A stretch of DNA of 20,000 bases from NCBI GenBank assembly GCA_026025795.1, contig JAPEUG010000032.1, forward strand, positions 57,681-77,680, written 5' to 3'. A model generated the notes under the pieces. The model saw only the letters and a program-made list of their open reading frames with translations, made no database searches and had not been told where the DNA came from. The stretch's first letter is position 1; each line of letters starts with the position of its first letter. The DNA comes from Thelocarpon superellum. Taxonomy: Eukaryota. The position numbers and the translations under genes were made by a program. This document shows positions 1 to 13,051 of the stretch, in pieces.

Positions 1-41
1 AACGACGCCTCTCGCGCCGTCGCTGCGCACTGCCCAGAACC

Positions 42-743
42 ATGGCAGCCTTTGTCTCTTCAATCAACGCCAAGATCCGCTCACAACCCGTATTGAACTA
101 TGTGTTCTCGACGCGTGAGCTGGCCCTCCTGCGTGGTCGTGCATTCATCTATGCGGAGATATCAGCTAACGGATTGGTGGTCCCCGAGGATAGATTTCTG
201 GGGGCCCGTGTCAAACTTTGGCATTCCCATCGCAGCGATAATGGACACGCAGAAGGAACCGGAGATGTATGATCACCTCCCCAACCTCGCCTCCCTCCTC
301 TCTCTCTCCGCACGTCCCGATACACTGTGCATGGGCTGAGAAAGATCTCCACAGCATCTCGGGCAAAATGACAGCGGCCTTGTGCGTCTACAGCGCAACG
401 TTCATGCGATACGCGCTGGCGGTCCAGCCTAAGAACTATCTGCTCTTCACCTGCCATCTGGCCAACGAAGGCGCCCAGCTGACGCAGGGATACCGGTACT
501 TGAATTACTGGAAGTGAGTGCTTCCTCCTCGTCTCCACCTGACTCGTGTATCTCCCTCTACCCTGCGCGCTCTGAAGCACCGAAAGGTGAAAGAGACGTA
601 CTGATCGGGGAACTGAATCTAGCTGGGGAGGCCGAGAACAGTCGTTGAAACTGAACGAAGAAGCCGAGAGCCTAGCCAATTCGGCGACGACGGCGGCATC
701 GTCGGCCGTGTCTGCTGTGACCGGGGAAAATTCTAAATCGTGA
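42..743 (+). CDS. MPC1: Mitochondrial pyruvate carrier subunit 1; join(42..114,194..266,355..513,623..743), 141 aa
   Basis: Spliced product reads ...[89 protein letters not shown]..., the MPC1 signature. Introns GTGAGC..GCTAAC..TAG, GTATGA..CAG and GTGAGT..CTGAT..TAG keep the frame to TGA at 741-743. Confidence 0.93.
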
Positions 744-1005
744 TGAATGTGTCAGGAAGGGGATGAAAGGGACAGAAACGGCGCTGGAATGAGCCAGGAC
801 AGAGGGAGAAGCGAGTTGTTAGGCGGTGAGGGAAAGACAAGAGGCAGAGGCAGAGAAGAGAGAAAGCGAATGTATTTTGGTAGACGATCGATCTCAGCCA
901 GGCAGGCGAATGCAGGGTCGAAAGCAGATCTAATTTGAGCAATTGAGGTCGATTTCATCATTCGAAGACCACGTCGAGTAGGTAACTGATTGAAAATCAG
1001 GACCG

Positions 1006-3630
1006 TCAATCGACGTCCATCTCGTCTGCCTCTCCCTCTGCCTCTTCTTCGTCCTCAACGTCGACGTCCACATCTGCATCGACGCCGTTCTCGCCCTCAC
1101 CCTCGCCCTCACCCTCTCCCTCTGGCTCAGTATCGCCGTCCTCGCCTCCTCCGGCTCCGCCATCCATCTCACCCAGTAGCTCGCGGTCCATGTCGTCCAG
1201 TTCGCCTTCCCCTTCTCCATCCTCTTCGTCTCCATCTGCATCTGCGTTTTCGTTGCCGCCGTTGACTTCACCCTCACCTTCACCCTCACCCTCTCCCTCT
1301 CCATCAACCTCATCCCTCCGCTTTTCATCGCCATCGCCGTCGATGTCCTCGCCGCCACTCGTCTGGTCTTTCCTCGCCAGTTTCTTGCCCGTGGCCATCA
1401 CCCCGCCGACGCCCCTGCCCAGCGCGTCCCATCTCTCCAAGCGGCGCCCAGTCCGGCGCAAGGCTGCGGCATACGCGGCTGCTTCCTCGCCGTAGTCATC
1501 GTCATCCGTTGCAAGGGCCATGAGGCCTGCCGGCCCGTGCTCGCGGAATGGCCCATTTGGCGTCTTGGCGCCGTCGTCGTCCACTTCGTCGTCTTCGTCA
1601 CTGTTTGCGAACGGGTCCGATAGCGCCTCGTGCCGTACCCATGCCCGCCAGATGGCGCCTTCGCTCTTGCGTGTGCGCTTGTTCCTGTGGAAGATCTTGC
1701 GTAGGCGGCGGTCGAGCAGGTAGTCGACGCGTTGTTGGCGGTTTCGCTCCACTGCGATTTGGTGCGCAGTCAGTGGTCGCGGTCGCCGTGCTGTGTTGCC
1801 CCCGTCTGCTTGGAGGATGGGGTGGCCTGCGCCAGGTGGCACGGGCGAGGAGCCGTCGCGCTGCTGCTCCATGCGCGTCTTGAGGATGATTCGTTGTGGG
1901 CCTGTGCGGTCCCGTTTGTCCCGTGGCCATCGGCCTCGACCCGTCTTCGCCGTCGTTTGCGACGATCCGGCGCCTGCTCCTTTTCGTGTCCCAGTGCTGT
2001 GCCGGCCCTCGTGGATGTTAAAGGTCGGGCGCGACCCTGGGGGCGACGCGGATCGCGTCCGGTCTGTGTCTGAGTGCGCTTCTAGGGCGGCGAGTCGTCG
2101 GCCCTTGGATCGATCCGATGTCCGCACCCCCCGTCCATGTGTGTCTCCGTGGTCTGCGGAGGCTAGATTGCTCATGCCTGTCTTAATCAGAGATCGCTCT
2201 GCATTCTCAACAGTATCACTCACTCTTCTTGCCCCGTTTCGACGGTGGCGCCGTGATGGTCGCATCGCTCTCCATGATTCCTGGTCTCGTCAGATCGTGC
2301 GTCACAGCATCCCCAGTCCACTTACGTCGTCGCTCGTCCTGCTTCCTCTCGCCATACTGGACCTCTTCCGGGGTGTCCACGTTCTCCAAGTCCCGTTGTT
2401 CCTCTGTCAAGTGCTCAAATGGAGGCAACTTCTGCGGGATTCCCTCCACATCGGGTGGCTGCCCGGGACCGAAAGGATTTTTGGCCGCGGCTTCGGCGGA
2501 GAAGTCACTCTCGAGATACCACCACATCAGCCACAGGAACCCTCGTGCTCGGCTTCGACTGCTCAACGTCGTCCGAGTGACGAGATCAAAGAAGTCGAGC
2601 TGATTGGAGAAGTGGACCTCTGTGAGTTTCGGCGCGTATTGAGATAGCACGAAGATGAGATTGACCGGATTGGTGCGCGGGACGGAGAGCGTTTTCAGCT
2701 GCTCAATGTTGCTCGGTTCACCCTTGTCTTCGCATGCTCCCTTCAGAATCGACTTCAGTCGAGGTGCGTCCTGAAGCTGTTTGTAGGCATTCGGATCTTG
2801 CTTGGCCTGAAGACAAGGAATCGCGTGGTAAGTCCGTAATTGAGCGCGCATCTCAGGGAAGACTGTGGTGCGTCGTTAGATGAAGAACATGCCATCTGAT
2901 CCACCAGCTTACAGTTCAGTGTCGTGTTCATCCGTCCCACATTGACCAACAGGCAGACCATGGCCATGTTCAAGGCCGATGACCGGTCGCTCAACAGCTT
3001 TTCGCGTAGGATCTTGCTCGATTTGGGACTCCAAGCCATGGCTTCAATGTAGATGTCGGCAAATGTCGCGTCGCCCAGCTGGGTCCTCACGCTCGTGAAG
3101 GCCTGGGTTTGGTCGTCAAAGACAGCACGGAGGAACTCGTATTGGATGTCGGCCCGCCATAGCGGGATGCCGTCCTCCTTTTTGATGTTCTTCATCTTGT
3201 TGCCGCCATAGATGGACGAAGGTGTGGGGGCGTGTGCATTGCGTCGAGCCCCGCTCCCCGGCGGCTGTGGCACCAGTTCGACAGGGGCAGCCTTTCGCGG
3301 CCCTTCCACTCGCTGTGGCTCGTCCATCTCATCTTCCGTGCTATCGTGCGTGGCATCCTGGGCCCACGACGTCCGTCCGGCGAGAGGGGTGGCGGTAGCG
3401 GATGACAAGGGCTCGCGCTGCGCGGGCGGGCTGTCGACCAAAAGATGCTGTAGCCGATTGCGCGGGTCGGGCTCGTCGGGCCGGAGGGGTGATGAAGGCA
3501 CCTCCATGGCATCTTGATCCAGCCTCGGGTCTGCGATGGTGGATCCCGAGGACTGCGACCGGGCCAGGCCGGGAGGTGAACTAGCATCTTCTGCGGCCGC
3601 GAGGGAAGACCGATCGAGCGTAGCCATCAT
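1006..3630 (-). CDS. IES1: INO80 chromatin-remodelling complex subunit Ies1; complement(join(1006..2177,2224..2280,2326..2862,2913..3630)), ~827 aa
   Basis: Motifs KKEDGIPLWRADIQYEFL, MVCLLVNVGRMNTTLNFFPEMRAQLRTYHAIPCLQ, LQDAPRLKSILK, RTNPVNLIF and FLWLMWWYLE are recognised as fungal Ies1. Three GT..CAG introns (50, 45, 46 nt) with CTRAY branch sites join three ORF-track ORFs in frame. Acidic C-terminus. Start could be 3630 or 3627. Confidence 0.85.
1020..1345 (-). repeat. Low-complexity acidic coding tract (GE)n/(DG)n at the Ies1 C-terminus
   Basis: Imperfect hexamer repeats (CCCTCA/CCCTCG on +, around 1094-1122 and 1268-1300) translate on the minus strand as EGEGEGEGE within a D/E-rich tail. 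Confidence 0.8.
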
Positions 3631-4676
3631 ACGCCAGCAGGATGATCAGTGGAGCTCAATTGATCGGTACCGCAGCCGTCAAGGGTAGAGCCAACTCTTC
3701 AAGGGATCTGAATTATCGGGAGAGCGACCGGACGTCGTGGGTGGTACCAGCAGCAGGGGATCCGTCTAAGTAGACGACGTAGGATCGTGTCGTGACGTGG
3801 GGGCGTAGGAAGGATCCGTGACTCGAATGGACGCGCTGCCGACAAGGTAGACGGCGTTCGGGTGAAGAGAGAGAAAGGGAAGGTCAGGCAGGCGTTGCAT
3901 CCTCAAAAGGAGCGAATCTTCAGCTATCTGACGCCGAACTGGAACTGAGCAGCGCGAGCTTGGGCGCTTGGACGCTTGTCGCTTCGTCCACTTGTTCGAA
4001 GATCTCACGTCGCGAGATTTCGCGTGAGCGTCTGGCCCTATCTTGCCCACTGCGCAAGACCGAGTCGGTGGAGCAGGTTCTTGACCACGACGGGACCGAT
4101 CGCGCCAGTGTTACTCCTCGTGATGAACCTCTCATCCAGGAGGCCATGCGTTCCCCGGTTGGCGACTTCTTCGACCAGTCTCTCGCAATATCACGACTAC
4201 GTCAAGTCTCAAGTCTACGGATGCGCCACGCATATTCAGGGGCAACAGATGACTTTTTTTGATGGCTCTTCTATACTGGCAATCGTCAAATGTCCGGGTC
4301 GTCGAGACCGAATGAAGCGGCAGTCCCGAATATGGCCCTCCGTCTCTTCGTCCATCCGCACGACTTCCGTGAGGGGGGAAGTAAGCGTGCCATCGAAGAA
4401 AAAGGACGAAGCCAATGTGCCGTCGAGGCCGTCTGGCGTCGAGGGCTGTCAACGCCAATCCGATCAAGGCGCCCCTCCCCAGTCCGATCCAGGGCTCGAG
4501 CGTCTATCGTACGGACCACACACGCTGACCATCTATGACCATCACGCCCAAGGCGTTCAACGAGAAGAGACCCGAATTTCGTAGGGGCAGTGAAATCGCA
4601 AGAGAGGTGAAGCAAAACGTAAGGGAGCTGAAGCGACCAGCAACAAAAGCAGAACCTTCTATGTCGTAACCCATCC

Positions 4677-4717
4677 GTGTGTGTGCGTGAGAGGGAGAGA
4701 GAGAGAGCGCGCGCGCG
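4677..4717. repeat. Compound dinucleotide microsatellite (GT)n-(GA)n-(GC)n
   Basis: gtgtgtgtgcgtgagagggagagagagagagcgcgcgcgcg read directly. Confidence 0.8.
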
Positions 4718-5295
4718 ATGCTTCTGGTGCCGACCGGGGAAACCAGTGATCTTCACTGGAATGCTGCGCTTCCTTCTCGTCCCTCGCTCCGATGCCGCCG
4801 TTGCATATGACCACTCGTCCAGGTGACGAAAACGATATGCCCGTCATGTGACCCCATATCCTCACGCAATATGTCGCGAGGAGTGTGTAAGGCCCCAGGG
4901 AAACAGACGGAAGTCAACGCTATCTATCAGATGTCGATAACACAGCAGCGGCGCGATCGTCGGCGCTAGGTCAAGGGAGAGGTCGTAATTGGAGGTCTTG
5001 CCCACGTACTTCCCCCTGCCACCCGAGAGTTCTGTAGGTGGTGGTGTTGAGCTGGTAGGTAGCAAGAGAGCAAATGGTCGCATAGGAAGAAGAAGTCGAC
5101 GGAACAAACATGGGCAGAACAGGTAAAAGAAGTCGTGCAAGTCGAGGCGTGGAGAACAGGCAGATGCCCAAGGAGTCGTGTGGCACCAGGCCAGTCTCCG
5201 AGATCACTCAGTCGTCGCATAGTTGGCCCTATGGTGATAGGCGATGATGACGCAGTGAGGCGGAGACAGCCGCCCGTCGATCTCTCCACGAGAGA

Positions 5296-7531
<2,236 letters not shown>

Positions 7532-7654
7532 GCTGGGCAACACGAGGTGTTATCGAGAAAGTTGAGGCGAGCAATGCAATCAGGAGTTGCAATCAGCGTA
7601 TCGATGGGTGCAGAGAGGGAGACGATCTCGACAGAGGATGACGGCCGTTGTTCT

Positions 7655-7728
7655 CTGCGGGTCATCGTCTGTTAGAAGCGGAGTGTGACTGAGCGGACTG
7701 GGCAGGGTGTGAGACTGGAGTAACGTAC
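7655..7728 (-). other. Predicted 74-nt intron in the DED1 5' UTR
   Basis: Minus strand: donor GTACGT (7728-7723), branch TCTAAC (7676-7671), acceptor CGCAG ending at 7655. Size and spacing match the coding introns of this window. Confidence 0.7.
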
Positions 7729-8816
7729 AAGAAAACAAGAGACCGGACCGACGTAGAGATGAGACCGAGATGCAAGCAGGGATGGATTTCAGCCGTCACG
7801 CGGGCTGGGACTAGCTTCCAGCAACTGCAGCCTCGTCGACAAGTGCCGCCGAGAGATGCAGACGCACGAGAAGAGGAAAGTGAGCGGAGGAGGAGATGGA
7901 GGTCAAGGGGGGTGGTTGGAGGGAGAGGGAAGAGTGTGTTGAAAAAAGTTTGGCGCCGATGTGGGTGCGGCGACCAGGCGGAAGGGGGAGGGAAGAGGGA
8001 AGGCAACGGAGCGCTGGTTCCGACTACTAAACTAACGAATCACCCACGTCGAGGTAATTTTGGATTTGGGGCTGGTTGGTAAAGGCAGCACACAGAACTT
8101 ATCCTTGCAGCAGCGCTCGAGCTACGGAGGACTCACGGAAAGGTACGGGGGTACTACTCCGTACGCTCCCTAGATGCTACGACTCACTACTACTTGATCT
8201 TGCCACGATCCAGGCCTGATCCTGGGTGTCACCGCTCGTTGCCAGCTCACGAGCGGTGATGGAGCGAAGGGGCTTCGACGGTGTCCCACGTGCGCAGAGG
8301 ATGGTTTGGCTGTGCACGTTCCCGTGACTTTTCCTCCTTTCCCTCGCCATCTTCCAGCCCTTCCAACACATCATTTCTGGAATCTTCACGGCGAGCACAA
8401 GAAAAAAACCCTATCGCTTGTAGAGACGCTAGGCGATATTGGCACGACCGACAGGAGGTGAAGTGGGACAGAGCCGGTCGGGAGGACGATTGGCTTGGGT
8501 AGCGAGGCGAAGAAGCATCGGATTGTTCCGTCGTTGCTCTTGTTGCTGGCCGCCATGTCACCGATGGCTGTAGAGCACCTCCCGCATCATGTTGCCCGGG
8601 ATGAGGTAGGGAAAGCAAGATATGCGTTGGCTAGATACAATCACACAACCCTCACCTTCTAGTGGGGCGTTGCCTTTAGACGTCTACTCGACCCTGGTGC
8701 AGCTAGCCGTCTGCAGAAGTATACAAAGTGAAATGGAGGTGTCCCGGCCTGGATTATACGCCATCCGCCCACCGGCCAACCAAGCCAGAATTCTTGACTC
8801 CGAAACACAAGCTCCG

Positions 8817-9360
8817 TCAACCCTTGCGTTCGATCTTGTTCAAACGCCGTGCAGTGCTGATCTGTGCATGGATCAGCGGGTGTGCGTTCGACGGGAGCAG
8901 CTAAGGTAGAAGCTCTCGTACCTGTGTCCTCGTTCGCTGTCCCCGCACCGGAAGATTCATCGCGTGTCTCTTTCCCCGATACGATCCCATGTCCCGCAAT
9001 CGTCGAATGTTCTCTCGCACTTTCCTTCGCAGATCGTTTTCGATCGTCATGTTCGAGAGCTCCGCCGTCAGATCCTGGATCTGTTTGTTGGCCAGAGCCC
9101 CAACGTGCGCGGTACGATGGATATGAAATCGCGCCATCAGGCGCTGTGATAGGCTCGGGCCGACGCCGTAGAAAGACTCCAAGGAGGCCTACGCAGAGCG
9201 AGCTTGTCAGTCCCCGGGCCTTGAGCTATATCATAGACAAGCCATCTGACAGGCCTACCTTCACCAGTCGCTGCTCGGGAAAGTTAACTCCCAGAATGAA
9301 GACCTGAATTCGTTCAGCGTGATGGACCTTCGCAACACCAGTGGCACGTCCACTTACCAT
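8817..9360 (-). CDS. SWS2: Mitochondrial small ribosomal subunit protein uS13m; complement(join(8817..8861,8922..9188,9259..9303,9358..9360)), 119 aa
   Basis: MVFILGVNFPEQRLVKASLESFYGVGP...[43 protein letters not shown], the S13 family signature. Three canonical introns; the first coding exon is the ATG alone. Confidence 0.92.
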
Positions 9361-9594
9361 GATTACGAGATATCGTCGGTTCGTCTCAATGTTGCATGGT
9401 GGGGAGATATAAGAACAAGGTGGACGGCGAAGCTCGAAATTCGGGTGATCCGGAGTTCGGATCACGTGCTTTGACTATTCCACCCGGAACATCTGTCCTT
9501 CTCCCTGACAACCCGTTATCGAAGTAGCGCTTCTTCTTAAGTCCCCTCATATACACCACTGTTGTTTGACGGTCGCAGGTGCGACATCGGAACT
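9361..9594. promoter_or_regulatory. Compact divergent (probably bidirectional) promoter between SWS2 and cyclophilin B
   Basis: The two start codons are 234 bp apart head-to-head. Contains an 8-bp inverted repeat GTGATCCG-N5-CGGATCAC (9445-9465) overlapping CACGTG (9463-9468). Confidence 0.6.
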
Positions 9595-10658
9595 ATGGCT
9601 ACTCTTCAAAGACTGTTGATCTCTGTGCTCGTTATCCTGACGGCAACCTTTGTGTTCCTGGCACAAACGTCCGAAGCTGCCAGAGGACCGAAGATCACCC
9701 ACAAGGTAACGCCCCTGGCGGCGTTCAGCGTCTTCTGCAAGGGCGGTCTACTGACGGGACAGGTTTTCTTTGACATTGAGCACGGCGACAAACCTCTCGG
9801 TCAGATTGTTATTGGGCTGTATGGAAAGACCGTCCCCAAGGTAAGATTGACCTATGCAGACGATCATAGTCATGCCGAGCTAACGTCTTGCCAGACGGCC
9901 GAGAACTTCCGGTAAACTCATCCTCCGCAAGGTAACTACAAATTGACATGCTTACCGCTTTAGTGCGCTCGCGACGGGAGAGAAGGGATTTGGCTATGAA
10001 GGCGTTACCTTCCACCGTGTCATCAAGAACTTCATGATCCAAGGCGGTGACTTCACCAACGGCGATGGTGAGCCGTCTTCCCTATGGAGCAGTCCTTATA
10101 GCGCTGACATCTTATCAGGAACGGGCGGAAAGTCAAGTATGAGTCTCTATGGTGGCTAGCCATCATCAGTGCTGACGTGTTCTAGTCTATGGAAACAAGT
10201 TCCCGGATGAGAACTTCAAGCTCAAGGTTCGTCCGGATGTCAATCGACCCTGCCATGGCCAATGTTAATCATCAACAGCATACCAAGAAAGGAGTGTTGA
10301 GTAGGTGATATCGTCGGGTGCTGTCCAGACTTCCCGTCAGACTGACACTTTCGGCACAGGCATGGCCAATTCGGGTAAAGACACGAACGGGTCACAGTTC
10401 TTCATCACGACCGCTATCACGAGGTATGTGGAGACGACCAGCAGGCGTAGCATTCTCCCCGGGTCCTGTCGGCTGACTTGGTGCAGTTGGCTCGATGGAC
10501 GTCATGTGGTATTTGGAGAAGTGCTCGAGGGCTACGACGTCGTCGAGGCGATCGAGGACGTGCCCAAGACGCCGGGTGACAAGCCCGTGGAGACGGTCAA
10601 GGTTGTCAAAAGCGGCGAGCTCCCGGTGCCGGAAGAAGGTATCCACGCGGAACTCTAG
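9595..10658 (+). CDS. cypB: ER peptidyl-prolyl cis-trans isomerase B (cyclophilin B), soluble HAEL-terminated isoform; join(9595..9705,9763..9840,9895..9911,9964..10067,10119..10136,10186..10226,10279..10300,10360..10423,10487..10658), 208 aa
   Basis: Signal peptide [28 protein letters not shown]; cyclophilin motifs [70 protein letters not shown]-terminal GIHAEL*. Eight GT-AG introns of 49-63 nt join in frame. Confidence 0.95.
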
Positions 10659-10718
10659 AGTGACGCTGTGCCGTCCACCACTGCTGCGCCGGATTGGCTG
10701 ATTCCTCGCCCTGTTAAG

Positions 10719-10915
10719 AAATCTTCGGTGCGGCTGCCTGGGCCGTGGCGGAATCGGAGCTGAAGAGCATCGCGATCAATGACCGGAGCGGCCTCGGCAT
10801 CGTGACCAAGGTGGGTTTGATGGTGCTGGTGGTGGGTGGGGTGGCCTACTATATCAGGTCGCGAAAGGCTCCCCGTACCTCGGGGACTGGGGGCTTGCTA
10901 GGTAACGGAATGTAA
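10719..10915 (+). CDS. cypB: Predicted alternative terminal exon of cyclophilin B encoding a transmembrane anchor (long isoform, ~267 aa)
   Basis: Intron 10639..10718 (GTATCC, branch GCTGAT 10697-10702, TAAG) joins in frame to EIFGAAAWAVAESELKSIAINDRSGLGIVTKVGLMVLVVGGVAYYIRSRKAPRTSGTGGLLGNGM*. Confidence 0.72.
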
Positions 10916-10990
10916 TAACATATATCGATCACTCCTTAGCCATTGCATCTATCCAACTATCCGCAACGCTCTCCACTCTTCTCGAATTGA

Positions 10991-11042
10991 TTACGTAAGC
11001 ACACCATTCGCCCCGCTTCGTGAGGTCAGCCTTGCTTAGTAA
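10991..11042. promoter_or_regulatory. Pair of putative Yap1/AP-1-type bZIP elements (TTACGTAA 10991-10998, TTAGTAA 11036-11042)
   Basis: Exact matches to known Yap response element sequences, ~600-650 bp upstream of the AAD-like ATG. Confidence 0.4.
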
Positions 11043-11643
11043 ATTGGTCCGAGGTCTAGAGACGGCAGGTCCGGGCTTCGATATATCTGGGACAGCCCCA
11101 CTAAAACCGGACCACGGATCACGTTCGGTTTCGGTCGACGAATACGAAATATCTTATGGTCAAATACTCTCGTAGGGATGGCGCTCATTTGCCATGAGAC
11201 CGAAGCATGAGCTCACAATGACATCGTGGCAAGCAACGTAGGAGCTGTACTCTGTAGACGAAGCCGCTCACGATCGAGGGACGCAAGGCAATGCGACTGC
11301 CTAAACGAGCCATGGGTTAGCCCCGTGCGTGATCCATTGGCGACCTCCCAAGTGGGAGATCCTGACTCAAGGGCCGAGTGGGGGTATGTTACTCCGGCTA
11401 TTGCTCAGCAGCCGGGACCGTAAACGCCGTCTCTACTCATCGGAATGGAGGCCCGGAGCTAAGGAGCTAAAGAGCTATGGCCGACCATATCGACGACCAG
11501 AGCGAGATATTTATACCTCGCCCTCCACGCCTTGTGGCGCCCTCGGACGCTCTCCATCTTCCAATCGACTCTGACTTTCTGTTCCCGCTGGGCATCTACA
11601 CGCAGCCTCGCGCACCGCCGCTTCTAGCCAACGTCCTCGCATC

Positions 11644-12898
11644 ATGTCTCTCGGCCCCGCCCCACCTCCCAAAAGCCTCCTTGGTCGCCATCGTGTCCTA
11701 AGTCCCACCGCGGGCGTCAAAGTCAGCCCGATATGTCTCGGTGGCATGAGCTTCGGAACGGCCTGGAAGGAGATGTTGGGCGAAGTGGACAAGAAGACCA
11801 CGTTCGAGATCCTGGACTTCTTCTACGACCAAGGGGGAAACTTCGTCGACACTTCGAGCAACTACCAGGATGAGCAGTCGGAACTGTGGATCGGTGAATG
11901 GATGGCAGGGCGGGGCGTCCGAGATGAGATGGTCATCGCGACCAAGTTCACCACGGGTTACAATTACAACTCTTCCCTGGCCCCGACAGGCATCCGATCC
12001 AACTTTGGCGGCAACCACAGCAAGAGCTTGAAGCTCGCGGTGGACGCCAGCTTGAAGAAGCTCCAAACCAATTACATCGACTTGGTACGTAACTGAGGCA
12101 GCACCGGTTCAGAGACCAAAGCCTGACTGCTACCTAGCTTTGGGTGCATTGGTGGGATTTCACCACCTCGATCCCCGAGCTTATGCAATCCTTGAATCGC
12201 CTAGTGCTCGCGGGAACGGTGCTGTACATTGGCATCAGCGACACGCCGGCGTGGATCGTGAGCAAAGCTAATGAATGTAGGCATCATGACGTAACCTGGC
12301 AGCTTGGCGGCGAGTAGGCTAACTTGGCGACGCAGATGCCCGAAATCACGGCATGGCTCAATTCTGCGCTTACCAAGGGATGTGGTCGGCTTCGTCGCGT
12401 GATTTCGAGCGGGATATTATCCCCATGACCCAGGCCGAGGGGATGGCCCTAACGCCCTGGGGCGCGCTCGGCCGAGGATTCTTCAAGACCGATGCCCAGC
12501 GCGCTGAGGGCGGCGGCCGCAACATGGGCGGTGCCACGGAGAAGGACATTGCCGTGTCCAAGGTGCTGGAGAGCATCGCCAAGCGCAAGGACACGGCCAT
12601 CACGAGCATCGCCCTGGCCTACGTCATGCAGAAGGCGCCATACGTGTTTCCCATCTGCGGCGGCCGCAAGATCGAGCATCTGAAGGGCAACATCGAGGCC
12701 CTAGCTGTGGATCTGGACGATAAGGACATCGAGGAGATTGAAAATGCCACGCCATTCGATATCGGCTTCCCACTCAAGTTCCTTGGCGGCAGCAACAACA
12801 AGTCTGGCGCTAAACGGCCCGGCGATGTCTGGCTCTCGAACCCCATTGGACATTTTGACCATGTCGAGGCCCTCAAGCCCATTCACCCCCAAAAATAG
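11644..12898 (+). CDS. Aldo-keto reductase, aryl-alcohol dehydrogenase (AAD / NorA-StcV-like) group; join(11644..12084,12138..12276,12336..12898), 380 aa
   Basis: [37 protein letters not shown] (catalytic D/Y), VIATKF (K), LWVHWWDF (H), [22 protein letters not shown] and [12 protein letters not shown]. Two canonical introns. Confidence 0.93.
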
Positions 12899-13051
12899 GC
12901 TCTAGCTCGCACCAATTTAGCCTCAGTCATCCTGCGTCACGAAACGACAAGTGAAGCGCTAGTCTGTGCCATGCCATGTCGTAGTTCATTCCTTTCGTCC
13001 ATGCTGCACCATGTTAGATGTGTGTTTAGATAGTCTGTACTGAATGTTTGA

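Noticed and set aside
514..622. Longer MPC1 intron 3 with internal CTGAC and AAG|GTGAAA, suggesting a twin or recursive intron
   Set aside because: The remaining segment would be only ~36 nt and the internal signals are weak.
894..961. Minus-strand ATGATGA...CTGA pair resembling a box C/D snoRNA
   Set aside because: No terminal stem in the correct register and no recognisable rRNA guide; lies in convergent 3' UTRs.
1793..2647. Long antisense or alternate-frame ORFs over IES1 (similar ones over DED1, the AKRs and the unknown gene)
   Set aside because: Expected shadows of GC-rich coding sequence; no recognisable protein features.
3976..4584. 202-aa plus-strand ORF in the IES1-DED1 interval
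   Set aside because: Non-ATG start, no recognisable motif and no coding-like character.
7940..7951. TGAAAAAAGTTT resembling an RRPE element upstream of DED1
   Set aside because: Imperfect match and the element is poorly established outside yeasts.
10656..10763. Stop-codon readthrough of the cypB TAG as the route to the TM tail
   Set aside because: The readthrough frame differs from the TM frame and ends at a TGA (10761-10763); only splicing reaches the TM segment.
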